This document shows positions 1-7,857 of a stretch of DNA of 29,506 nucleotides, piece by piece; positions within the stretch are counted from its first letter, which is position 1; each line of letters begins with the position of its first letter. The stretch is from a virus. Its lineage: Duplodnaviria > Caudoviricetes. Both the position numbers and the translations under genes were made by a program. The stretch spans positions 1-29,506 of IMG/VR virus record IMGVR_UViG_3300020402_000839; one strand, given 5' to 3'. The notes beneath the pieces were generated by a model. It saw only the letters and a list, made by a program, of their open reading frames with translations, searched no databases and was not told the origin of the DNA.

Positions 1-1607
1 GCTCGCTCAGCTGCATCCTTAGGCACTCTGCTCAGCGCCCGAACAGACCTTGCCGCATTAATCAACGAGCTCGCGCCCCGGCTGTCCTCAGCGGTCGCGT
101 CCACACCGTTTAGTTTGCGTGTATGATGGATCATCTCGATGGCACAGTTGGCGTCCTGAGCAATCGCTTTCCACATATCGACGACCTCACCGACCGCCTC
201 GTTAGCGTTCTCAGACACACTATGCGTATGGATAAACGGATCGATTATCATAACGTCTATTTTTTTAGAATCTATCTCTCGAAGGACGCTGTCGTAAACT
301 GCATCGACCCGCATCACTTGTCCTTTTATCTCTTGCGCCATGAGCAGCCGCTGGTCTCTTCCGCTGTCCAGTAGGAGCCTGTCTTCTATGTGCTCTTGTG
401 TGATGCCGTAATGCATCGCTGTCGCCTCGACCCGGCGTGCAATCTCTTCTATTGGGTCCTCAGCATTGAAGTACCAGACCCGGTAACGATCGAGCAGCGG
501 TTCATTTTTCCTGAGCAGATCTTTCCCTGTCGCCATAGATAATGCTTCGACGATAGCGAGCTGCGATTTCCCAATCCCCCCAGGTGATATGGTTGCTGAC
601 AAAAACTTTCGGATGTAATGGCTACCGTAGATCCATTCTCTCGGTGGCAGTGATGCCCCGCCTGTTAGCTGATAGCCTGATGCGGTGATCCCGGAATGCT
701 GATCAGCCATAGGCTCGATTGGCATCATCCCCTCTTTTTCCCAGTCCGGGTCGTCCAACGGATCGCCATTGTCTAGCAGGCGATTGATCTTGCGCTGCGT
801 CGATAGGATCTTTGCCATCATCATATCAATGCCCCGGTCGTCATCGTCGAGGCTTTTGCCCTCGCGTGCTGCCACTTGTGCTTCGTACTCAGGCCATGCG
901 AGCTGTATCCATTCTGGTATGGTTGGCGTTTGACCTGCCTCTCTGGCAAACTGCATCCCGATCCAATAAACAATTGACGCCATGAGCGCTTCTCGACCAT
1001 CTATTTGTTTGAACTCTGCGTTCAGTTCGATCACTTCGCCTGCTTTACTTTCGACCAATCGACGGCTGTCGTTTTGCAATGCGGTGACGAAACGCCTAGG
1101 CGCTGGCGGCAATATCGGGTTGTCGAAAATCGATTTACCTTCGACCCATTGATATCGCTTACCCTCTTTGTTGCGTGACGGCGGGGCTAAGATAAAGTTG
1201 CCGTAAGATCGTGTGTCGATGTATTTAATGCCGAGGATATCTCGGTTGCCAGCTACCTTTTCAGTGAGCCCTAGATATATATGTGTGCCGCCTCTGGGTG
1301 ACCGCACTGTCGGTGCGTCCTTGTAGTCGATATTGTATTCCATGCACATTTGGGCAAAGTCCTGTTGGACCTGCGCCCCTTTGTAGCCGTCAACATCAAT
1401 CGCCAAGAAATTCTGCTCGGCTGGGTGCAGCCCAATATTGGCGTCAGGGTTTGCGGTCCAATAGTCGCGGATTTGTTCTTCGGTCCACGGCTCCTCTTGC
1501 ATCTCTTTCCACTTAACCGCTGGGAACTCTTTCTCACCCGGTCGCAGTGGTATGGGACTAAAACCACGACGACGATATTCCAGCGCTGCTTCTAACAGCT
1601 CACTCAT
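1..1607 (-). CDS. Bifunctional primase-polymerase (Prim-Pol) fused to an AAA_25/RepA-type helicase; 3' end runs off the window
   Basis: Not in the ORF track because it is open at the edge. Manual translation from ATG 1607 gives MSELLEAALEYRRRGFSPIPLRPGEKEFP...NPDANIG...FLAIDVDG...TVRSPRGGTHIY (Prim-Pol motifs), then REWIYG, Walker A SPGGIGKS, YFNAED, Walker B VMIIDP, IHHTRK and RGASSL. No stop before base 1. Confidence 0.9.
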   Translation of the reverse strand, partial: MSELLEAALEYRRRGFSPIPLRPGEKEFPAVKWKEMQEEPWTEEQIRDYWTANPDANIGLHPAEQNFLAIDVDGYKGAQVQQDFAQMCMEYNIDYKDAPTVRSPRGGTHIYLGLTEKVAGNRDILGIKYIDTRSYGNFILAPPSRNKEGKRYQWVEGKSIFDNPILPPAPRRFVTALQNDSRRLVESKAGEVIELNAEFKQIDGREALMASIVYWIGMQFAREAGQTPTIPEWIQLAWPEYEAQVAAREGKSLDDDDRGIDMMMAKILSTQRKINRLLDNGDPLDDPDWEKEGMMPIEPMADQHSGITASGYQLTGGASLPPREWIYGSHYIRKFLSATISPGGIGKSQLAIVEALSMATGKDLLRKNEPLLDRYRVWYFNAEDPIEEIARRVEATAMHYGITQEHIEDRLLLDSGRDQRLLMAQEIKGQVMRVDAVYDSVLREIDSKKIDVMIIDPFIHTHSVSENANEAVGEVVDMWKAIAQDANCAIEMIHHTRKLNGVDATAEDSRGASSLINAARSVRALSRVPKDAAER

Positions 1608-2115
1608 CGTTTACCCCATTGTGATAACGGACAACCGGCTCACCCTTGTGCCGTCTGTCCCAAACGAGCCAATTATAATTGTGAATTGGGTGCGCTGTTC
1701 GATCTTCCGGGGCGGTCCACCACGGCCTGAACGTCAGTATCGTTTTGCCAGCAAATGGTGCTTCCATCATCCATTGCCGGGTGACGGCTGTATCCCATTG
1801 GACCCGGAGCAGGGCAGCACAGAAATCGATGACGCCATCTTTTACTAAGGTGATGCATTGCCCCATCAGTTCATCAACGAGCCCTCGTTTATATGGCGGG
1901 TTGGTCAGGATGGCATTTGGTGCGCCAAGCAAATCTCTCAGGTTGCCGTTGACCGCTGGGTACAGTGGTGTCGGTTCAGCGCCATGAAATGGATCGATGC
2001 AGGGTGTAGGAATGTCCCATGTCGCGTTGATCGCAATGACGCAGCGTTCATCAATTGTTGGATAGTGGTCATCTGGGTTGCGGTCATATTGTGAGTGGAC
2101 GTAGGCGCTACGCAT
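1600..2115 (-). CDS. Small phage DNA amino-methyltransferase-like protein (N6A/N4C)
   Basis: DDHYPT near the N-terminus, degenerate motif I CIDPFHG, catalytic-type ILTNPPY, C-terminal YNWLVW. ATG at 2115 overlaps the upstream stop (track starts at 2124). Confidence 0.7.
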   Translation of the reverse strand: MRSAYVHSQYDRNPDDHYPTIDERCVIAINATWDIPTPCIDPFHGAEPTPLYPAVNGNLRDLLGAPNAILTNPPYKRGLVDELMGQCITLVKDGVIDFCAALLRVQWDTAVTRQWMMEAPFAGKTILTFRPWWTAPEDRTAHPIHNYNWLVWDRRHKGEPVVRYHNGVNDE

Positions 2116-2476
2116 CGTCTGCACTCAGAAAGTGACACCATTTTTGGTACATCGGGATAAAATCGTCGAGCTTGAGCATCACCCAACTGTCGCCTGTCGC
2201 TACTCTATTTCTCCGTGTGATAACGACCGGGATTTTTGTATCACCAGCTGCAGCCGTTGCCTGTTCCATTGCGGGTCCGGGTGTAAACCGTTCTGTTCTT
2301 TTGGCTTCAACGGAGAGGTAGCGCAGACCTTCAAGGTCGCCCTTGCCGGTGTGTATGCCGCCACCTGACAGCGGTGTCCTAGTGACGACCTTGTCACCGC
2401 CATGCATCATCTGGTTGAAATACTCAGCGAGCTCTCGCTCGTAATCGTTACCTTTTCTTTGAGCAGGGCTTGCCAT
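2108..2476 (-). CDS. Holliday junction resolvase-like PD-(D/E)xK nuclease
   Basis: RKGNDYERELAEYF...RTPLSGG...GDL...SVEAKR...QA...PVVITRRNR; RBS GAGGAG upstream. Confidence 0.8.
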   Translation of the reverse strand: MASPAQRKGNDYERELAEYFNQMMHGGDKVVTRTPLSGGGIHTGKGDLEGLRYLSVEAKRTERFTPGPAMEQATAAAGDTKIPVVITRRNRVATGDSWVMLKLDDFIPMYQKWCHFLSADDA

Positions 2477-2498
2477 GTCTTCTCCTCATCAGGCAGAT

Positions 2499-2562
2499 TT
2501 CCAGATGGTGGAATCCGTAACATCACCCACATGATGTCGTCAATGCCGGGTTGACATTGACA
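2499..2562. promoter_or_regulatory. Divergent promoter/operator region between the replication block and the repressor
   Basis: Inverted repeats TTCCA-N5-TGGAA (2499-2513), ACATCA-N6-TGATGT (2520-2537) and GTCAATG-N9-CATTGAC (2539-2561); TTGAC boxes on both strands, including tandem TTGACATTGACA at 2551-2562. Confidence 0.5.
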
Positions 2563-2639
2563 ATTTCTTTTGAGCATTTTGAGAAAGTATGAGAGCCTAT
2601 GATAACCTATTGGGGGAACTTTTTTTTGAGGGAAGGTAT

Positions 2640-2984
2640 ATGTCAAATGACCAAAAACGAGAGTCAAAGTGGAAAAGAATACCACCGACTCCAGAGCGTC
2701 GCGCTCTCGCCGCTCGACTCAAGGTGCTACGGCAAATGAACGGGTGGAAGCAAGAAGATGCTGCCCGGGAACTTGGCTGGACTTTGAACAGCTATGGCGA
2801 CATAGAATTGTGTCGCAAGAGAGTACACACAGATCAATTGCTCATGTTGGCGAAAGTGTTTGAGGTTACACCTAGCTGGCTCCTTACGGGGTCAATCAAA
2901 GATCTCTCTGATTCAGCTAGAAGACGAATTCAGAATGATGTGTTTTTTAATCTATCCGAAAAGCAAGGACAAAAAAATGAGTAG
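2640..2984 (+). CDS. XRE-family helix-turn-helix transcriptional regulator (probable repressor)
   Basis: LAARLKVLRQMNGWKQEDAARELGWTLNSYGDIELCRKR...LLMLAKVFEVTPSWLLTG; RBS GAGGGAAGG before ATG 2640. Confidence 0.88.
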   Translation: MSNDQKRESKWKRIPPTPERRALAARLKVLRQMNGWKQEDAARELGWTLNSYGDIELCRKRVHTDQLLMLAKVFEVTPSWLLTGSIKDLSDSARRRIQNDVFFNLSEKQGQKNE

Positions 2985-3540
2985 AGTAAATAATAAACAA
3001 AATATAACTGATCACAAATTTTGCCCAAGTTGCAATTCAGATATTCCGTTGCATATGTTAGGTGCAGATTATTACATTTTTATCTGGAATGTCCCTCTGG
3101 ATTATGCAGACAGTGTGGAAGAGTTGGCAGAAAAATTCCATGCTAAGTATAAATCCGGTCATTATCCTTTGTATTCACCGCCAAAGTATCGCGGTGTATA
3201 CCGGAACCCTAAAACGGCAATGTGGGTAGTAGCATCAGCGTTTTATTGCGGCAAACCAAAAGGTAACGTGACTACAAGAGAGATGTTTAACAATGTACAA
3301 CATAGAATTGCGCATTTTGCTGTTTTTTCTGAGACAGCAGGCATTCCTTCTTCTCTTGAGTGCATTACAAACGGCGTCAATTTTCGCGATCATTGTAAGC
3401 ACATTAGAGATGCAATTGAAATGCTTGAATTGGAATACGACGAAACTGGGCGTGAAAGTCTGTTGCCGATTCGGGCTAATCTGCATCGCATTTCTGATTA
3501 TAAACCACATTTAAAAATTATAGATAACGACGACCGCTAA
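2977..3540 (+). CDS. Hypothetical protein coupled to the repressor
   Basis: AAGGA RBS and ATG 2977 overlapping the repressor end; 187 aa; CPSC motif near the N-terminus; no family recognised. Confidence 0.7.
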   Translation: MSRVNNKQNITDHKFCPSCNSDIPLHMLGADYYIFIWNVPLDYADSVEELAEKFHAKYKSGHYPLYSPPKYRGVYRNPKTAMWVVASAFYCGKPKGNVTTREMFNNVQHRIAHFAVFSETAGIPSSLECITNGVNFRDHCKHIRDAIEMLELEYDETGRESLLPIRANLHRISDYKPHLKIIDNDDR

Positions 3541-3573
3541 TAGTCAGTTAGAACCGCGGAAAACAAGGACTTA

Positions 3574-3620
3574 TGGCTGGGCCATTGAAACTCAGCCACT
3601 TGTTCTTTTTATTTATTTTT
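3574..3620 (+). terminator. Probable intrinsic terminator
   Basis: Stem TGGCTGGG/CTCAGCCA (3574-3598) followed by a T-rich tract. Confidence 0.55.
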
Positions 3621-3632
3621 GAATACCGACAT

Positions 3633-3662
3633 TTGCCCGATATCAGGTTTTGTGCCTATTAT
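3633..3662 (+). promoter_or_regulatory. Candidate sigma70 promoter for the early rightward operon
   Basis: TTGCCC-N18-TATTAT just upstream of a strong RBS at 3676. Confidence 0.4.
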
Positions 3663-3689
3663 CCATGACAACTTTGGAAGGAGTTAACA

Positions 3690-3788
3690 ATGTTTTGGAA
3701 AAACCTTTTAGTCGATCTGATCGGATTTGTAACACTGCTTGGGTGCTGCGCACTTTTCATATTTTATTGCTGGCTTTTAGTCGGCTGA
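3690..3788 (+). CDS. 32-aa hydrophobic single-TM peptide
   Basis: RBS GGAAGGAG at 3676-3683; MFWKNLLVDLIGFVTLLGCCALFIFYCWLLVG*; below the ORF-track size cut-off. Confidence 0.7.
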   Translation: MFWKNLLVDLIGFVTLLGCCALFIFYCWLLVG

Positions 3789-3793
3789 TGAAC

Positions 3794-3869
3794 ACCGAGC
3801 TCTGCTCCTTCCGCAGCTTACTCGGGCGCAGCGAATATAAAGAGAGGTCCTGCGATGCCTGAGCTCGGT
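3794..3869 (+). ncRNA. Candidate structured regulatory RNA (branched, with anti-SD loop)
   Basis: Closing stem ACCGAGCTC/GAGCTCGGT; inner hairpin CTGC-TCCTTCC-GCAG; second hairpin CTCGGGC-GCAG...CTGC...GCCTGAG. Confidence 0.5.
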
Positions 3870-3914
3870 TCGACATATACATGGGGCTAAGGACCTCACC
3901 GAGGGAGTTTTTTT

Positions 3915-4721
3915 TTGGCATATTTCAATCCACAAGATAAACGTCTCAAAAAAGCCTTAGAGCGATTTGAGATCAAAGCATGGTCTTTCAGTACCTTGGA
4001 GATGTGGCGTGACAGCCCAGCGCGGGGTCTGATGAAAGCGCTCGATCTACCAGGCGACCCGGTAGGTGTTGCAGCTATTGTCGGCAACGCAACGGAGAAG
4101 GGCATCGAGCTGGCACTGACCGGCACACCGTTAGATGTTGCTGTTGATCTTGGTAACGAAATGCTCACTGAGTTTATGGCTTTCGAAGAGCCAGACGATA
4201 TTGCTGACTTGACAAAGAAAACTGGTCAGCGAATCCGCACCGGGTACGATAAGCTAAAAGAATTCGGCGTGCCGAAGTGTCAGGTGAAAATAGAGTACCA
4301 GCCAGACTGGTCGCCAATCCCTATTCTTGGCTATCAGGATTTTGTATTTGAGGATCATGGCCTTGTCGTTGACTGTAAAGCGCCGGGCATGAAGCCGAGC
4401 GCATCAAAGGTCGACTCGTATATGCGCCAAGGGGCGATTTACACCCAAAACACAAATAATAAGTTTGCAACGCTCGCAGTGCTGCCTGATGGCAAGCCTC
4501 GAGGCGCTAAGGCTATCGGCCCTCGCTCGCATTGGTTCGATCTAGAAGACGCAGCACTGCCACTCGAAGAGGTCAAACATACAATCGGTGCGATCTGCAA
4601 GATCTTAACCATTAGCGACGACCCGCAAGAGATCGCCGCGCACATCATTCCAGATTACTCACATTTTCGGCTGAACGGCGTGGTCACCCGGCAGTCTGCC
4701 AAAAAATTATTTGGCTATTAA
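3915..4721 (+). CDS. PD-(D/E)xK exonuclease (RecB/Cas4-like phage recombination nuclease)
   Basis: WSFSTL...P, GNATE, ILGYQDFVF...VVDCK, RQGAIY (QxxxY). TTG start with GAGGGAG RBS; adjacent to an SSB-like gene. Confidence 0.8.
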   Translation: MAYFNPQDKRLKKALERFEIKAWSFSTLEMWRDSPARGLMKALDLPGDPVGVAAIVGNATEKGIELALTGTPLDVAVDLGNEMLTEFMAFEEPDDIADLTKKTGQRIRTGYDKLKEFGVPKCQVKIEYQPDWSPIPILGYQDFVFEDHGLVVDCKAPGMKPSASKVDSYMRQGAIYTQNTNNKFATLAVLPDGKPRGAKAIGPRSHWFDLEDAALPLEEVKHTIGAICKILTISDDPQEIAAHIIPDYSHFRLNGVVTRQSAKKLFGY

Positions 4722-4750
4722 ATCAACCGACCATATGAAAGGGAAACAAA

Positions 4751-5332
4751 ATGAGCTTTGATGATTTTTTACAGGAAGCATCATTCACTAATCTGAATTG
4801 GAACGGCAGCTCGGGCAAGCTTCGTGTCAGGGCTGGCGGGGAGCAGAACGAATTGAAGCTCCCGCAAACTTTTGTTGTCGATCCTAAAACGAGTCAGTAC
4901 GGCTGGCGTGCTTGGGTCCCGCAGCCAGAAGGTAACAAAAAGCCTTTTGATCAGCGTGTAGCGTTTACTGAAAAGATGCCAGCTAAGAGTGCCGACTCAA
5001 CGGTAGCTGCACTAGAGGCTAAGACATTTTTCTTTCAGTGTTATCAAGATGAATGGGATGATTTGGCGTCAGGCGTAATAGAATGGGCAGCTGATCAGAA
5101 GACAGTATTCAAGCAGCTCATTCCACTGGGCCGCGAGCTGCAAAAAATTCCAGAAGCAGAACGATCGAAAAAAGCAGTAGAAGTAACGATCACTGGTAGT
5201 GAGAAAGTTGGTGCTAACAAAAACCCTGCGCCAGCATTTACCATGAAGGTGGTTAAGAGACCCGCTGCTTTTGACGAGGATCCAGTGAGCTGGACAACAA
5301 CTTCGCCAAGTGACGATGGCGACTTCGGTTGA
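4751..5332 (+). CDS. Probable single-stranded DNA-binding protein
   Basis: Follows the exonuclease; YGWRAW, PAF...VKRPAAF and an acidic aromatic tail SDDGDFG. Confidence 0.65.
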   Translation: MSFDDFLQEASFTNLNWNGSSGKLRVRAGGEQNELKLPQTFVVDPKTSQYGWRAWVPQPEGNKKPFDQRVAFTEKMPAKSADSTVAALEAKTFFFQCYQDEWDDLASGVIEWAADQKTVFKQLIPLGRELQKIPEAERSKKAVEVTITGSEKVGANKNPAPAFTMKVVKRPAAFDEDPVSWTTTSPSDDGDFG

Positions 5333-5452
5333 CACGGATGGTCTGTGTCTGCCCCCGGTGATGGTTTCCATTTTTCCAACTGTCGGCTATTGCCGGGGGA
5401 TCTTCAAACGCCCGGGCGAGTGTATTAATGCACATCAGTGACTCGTCCGGGC
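5331..5452 (+). other. Three tandem RNA hairpins
   Basis: GACACGGA/TCTGTGTC (5331-5349); CCCCCGGTGATGG/CTATTGCCGGGGG (5352-5399); GCCCGGGCGAGT/ACTCGTCCGGGC (5410-5452). Mismatches are G-U compatible on the + strand. Confidence 0.55.
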
Positions 5453-5646
5453 AAATGAGCCCCTACCGAAGACTAATCATTTTCGATGGCGACGATGGTC
5501 CAGAGCTACGGTGTTACAACCCCCAAGATCGAGAACCGATCTTTTCGGTCAAGCTTACAAACAATGAACTGATGAAACTTAGCATCGAGATGCTGACCAT
5601 TCGCAAGCGCCAAGACCACAAGGAACAATTAGAGAGGATGAAATGA
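5428..5646 (+). CDS. Hypothetical protein (alternative start 5455)
   Basis: ORF in the early operon; stop overlaps the next start (ATGA). Confidence 0.6.
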   Translation: MHISDSSGQMSPYRRLIIFDGDDGPELRCYNPQDREPIFSVKLTNNELMKLSIEMLTIRKRQDHKEQLERMK

Positions 5647-5801
5647 AGCAAAAACATTTGAGGCAAATTTTTTGGGAAACGGACCACAAAAATCGGTTCG
5701 CAATTCTAGCAAAATATATTTCACGATATCATCGCTCCACAGTCGAAAAGCTTTTGCGTGACAAAATTAACAACAATGTAGTGGAAATGAAATGCGACTA
5801 A
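5643..5801 (+). CDS. Hypothetical protein, 52 aa
   Basis: GAGAGG RBS and ATGA coupling; MKQKHLRQIFWETDHKNRFAILAKYISRYHRSTVEKLLRDKINNNVVEMKCD*; fills the gap between neighbours. Confidence 0.6.
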   Translation: MKQKHLRQIFWETDHKNRFAILAKYISRYHRSTVEKLLRDKINNNVVEMKCD

Positions 5802-6019
5802 GAGATTTTGGCAAAAGTTACGCAGATCCACGGCCTGATCCAACGATTTTAGATGTTGAACCGAGATGGATCGATGAGCTGTTCTGCATCATGTTGTACG
5901 AGCGAGACAGCAACGGCGAGACGGTACACATAAGACGCCTAGAGATGGACAAAGATCAGGCTGAGCAATTTACATCAGCGGTCGTCCGGGTGCTAAGACA
6001 AAATAGGGAGAGGGATTGA
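5792..6019 (+). CDS. Hypothetical protein
   Basis: Overlaps both neighbours in a tightly packed operon. Confidence 0.6.
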   Translation: MRLRDFGKSYADPRPDPTILDVEPRWIDELFCIMLYERDSNGETVHIRRLEMDKDQAEQFTSAVVRVLRQNRERD

Positions 6020-6231
6020 TGTTTAAAGCGACCATTGTTCTTATTTTCGCCAACCATTGGCTGTATCCGATTGACTCTCTGCCAAACTACCACAGTGCCA
6101 ATGAGTGTTATTACTCAATGCAGCATCACTTGGCGTCACTGCCAGAAGAATTAATTGATGCCGGGCTCGGAGTTTACTCAATGGAGTGCGAGTTCGTTCC
6201 TATGCCACGTAACAACCCTAGGAGAAGTTGA
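6016..6231 (+). CDS. Hypothetical protein with hydrophobic N-terminus and two cysteines
   Basis: GGGAGAGG RBS; FKATIVLIF; YHSANEC...MEC. Confidence 0.6.
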   Translation: MMFKATIVLIFANHWLYPIDSLPNYHSANECYYSMQHHLASLPEELIDAGLGVYSMECEFVPMPRNNPRRS

Positions 6232-6437
6232 TGCTTGACGATCATTTGTATGACTTAAAAGAAGTTCTGAAACGATACCCGGTCTCGCAGGCCCAATGGT
6301 ATCGCGGTATGAAAGATGGACGGTATCCACCAGGCGAAAGAAAAGGGGGGAGACGTTTCTGGTCTCCCCGCGAAATTAAGAAATTAATCGTTAAAGGTGA
6401 GTATCACTGGCAGAGAGAGCGTGCCGCCAGTGAGTAG
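6228..6437 (+). CDS. AlpA-family excisionase / recombination directionality factor
   Basis: LYDLKEVLKRYPVSQAQWYRGMKDGRYPPG...GGRRFWSPREI matches the AlpA pattern; convergent with the integrase. Confidence 0.8.
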   Translation: MMLDDHLYDLKEVLKRYPVSQAQWYRGMKDGRYPPGERKGGRRFWSPREIKKLIVKGEYHWQRERAASE

Positions 6438-7639
6438 TCTTCAACCAACTTTCTACGCATTTTCATACCGTTTGCAGTATTGTACGCTCGCTCCACTTCA
6501 GTGCCTACGGCATGAGCGAGCTGCAGCTCCACTGCATCATTCTCATAGATATATCGGTCGCTATCGTCGAGCTGGTCCTTAGACCAAGTCTTAAACGTAC
6601 CCCTGGCCGTTCCATGCATAACAGCCTTGCCGCCATTGGTCGCTGTACCTAATGGGTAGTAGCGGTCGATCGAAGTGTTCAAAGATCTTATGTCTAGAAA
6701 GCCTCGTCTGCCCTCAGTAACGAAAATATAATCGTGACCAATGCTTGCTCTATTTCTTGGCGCTTCAAGTTGCCATTGCTTCAGAAGTTCGATGACGCGA
6801 GAGCTCAAAGGCATCACATGATCTTTATCGGATGACTTCAACCGTGCAGCTGGGATGGTCCAAGTAGCGTTATCGAAATCGATCTCGTCCCATTCGCCAA
6901 GGGTTATTTCAGAGGGTCTTTTGTTAGTAAGCAGAATTATTTCAGCTGCAACTTTGTCACGTTTTTTCAACTGATTGTTGCCGTCCAAATTAGCAAGCCA
7001 TTGTTGTAGGTCAGCAAATGATAATTGACCTAAATGTTTAACCGCACGCTTTGCTTTTTTAGGCAACGTTCTTTTTATCTCTTCCATCTTTGTTGAGACA
7101 GGAACGTCTGCGTCGATTTCGCTAACGCCAAAATACCAAACGGCCGCGATGTTGCTGAGCCGCTCCTTAGCGGTAGGCATATCCCAGAATGGTAATATAG
7201 CTTCTTTGATATGTGTCTTTTCAACTGATGCCATTGGACGGTCGTTAAATTCATCGGTCATATCCGTTATCACGACCTTGCGCATTTTCTTGACTCGACC
7301 GGGAGAGATATCGTTACGCTGGCTTAAGTATTTTTCTGCCGCCTCTCTCCATGTCATCGTTTGATACGCAGACCTTTTTATTGCAGTTGGCAAGTGCTCA
7401 CCGTTCGCCAACAACTTGTTGTAAAGAGATCCAGTGGTCAAAGCATCGTGCAACTCCATACCTTGTGACGACCCTAGGGTGATCACCATCTTCTTGCGAT
7501 GCTTCATTTTACGATAGATAAAAGTTTTGAAGTTAGTGGGTGTTATGTTCACCCACACGTTATGCCCGACAGCTACCCTATACGGCTTAGCCTTTGGCTT
7601 AAGGCTGTCAAACTTTGCTTGTGTCATTACTTGTGCCAT
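6404..7639 (-). CDS. int: P4-like tyrosine integrase with N-terminal arm-binding domain
   Basis: LKPKAKPYRV...KTFIYR...ITLG arm domain; catalytic set TNKRPSE (R), WDEIDFDNATWTIPAARLK (K), HGTAR, QLAH, VERAYN (Y), RRKLVEDY. Confidence 0.93.
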   Translation of the reverse strand: MAQVMTQAKFDSLKPKAKPYRVAVGHNVWVNITPTNFKTFIYRKMKHRKKMVITLGSSQGMELHDALTTGSLYNKLLANGEHLPTAIKRSAYQTMTWREAAEKYLSQRNDISPGRVKKMRKVVITDMTDEFNDRPMASVEKTHIKEAILPFWDMPTAKERLSNIAAVWYFGVSEIDADVPVSTKMEEIKRTLPKKAKRAVKHLGQLSFADLQQWLANLDGNNQLKKRDKVAAEIILLTNKRPSEITLGEWDEIDFDNATWTIPAARLKSSDKDHVMPLSSRVIELLKQWQLEAPRNRASIGHDYIFVTEGRRGFLDIRSLNTSIDRYYPLGTATNGGKAVMHGTARGTFKTWSKDQLDDSDRYIYENDAVELQLAHAVGTEVERAYNTANGMKMRRKLVEDYSLAARSLCQ

Positions 7640-7815
7640 TACTCTGCTCCCTCTTGTGCTTCTTTCTTTGCTCGCGCCACTTCTAGTTCTGTTAAATTTG
7701 CCGCTAGGTCTTCAGCCATCGAAACGCACTGAGCTGCCTTTTCTTCAGTCGGGGCCGTGATCGCTAACTGCAACGCTAATACTAAGGCTTCATAATCGCT
7801 GGTAGGTTTTGTCAT
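7639..7815 (-). CDS. Hypothetical helical protein, 58 aa
   Basis: AAGGGAG RBS; MTKPTSDYEALVLALQLAITAPTEEKAAQCVSMAEDLAANLTELEVARAKKEAQEGAE*; TAATG coupling to int. Confidence 0.75.
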   Translation of the reverse strand: MTKPTSDYEALVLALQLAITAPTEEKAAQCVSMAEDLAANLTELEVARAKKEAQEGAE

Positions 7816-7829
7816 TGTTTGCTCCCTTG

Positions 7830-7852
7830 AAAAGTGAGGGGCCGAAGCCCCT
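7830..7852 (-). terminator. UUCG-loop hairpin, terminator-like
   Basis: Minus strand AGGGGC-TTCG-GCCCCT followed by CACTTTT, between ORF 7858-8154 and the gene preceding int. Confidence 0.55.
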
Positions 7853-7857
7853 ATCAG

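Noticed and set aside
123-2094. Several short ORFs in the track on both strands
   Set aside because: They overlap the primase-helicase and methyltransferase frames, which carry clear motifs.
2407-2685. 92-aa minus-strand ORF as a possible Cro
   Set aside because: No HTH pattern; overlaps the repressor start, the operator repeats and the resolvase.
3794-3869. tRNA gene
   Set aside because: Similar size and a GGTTCGA nearby, but no proper D, anticodon or T arm arrangement and no CCA end.
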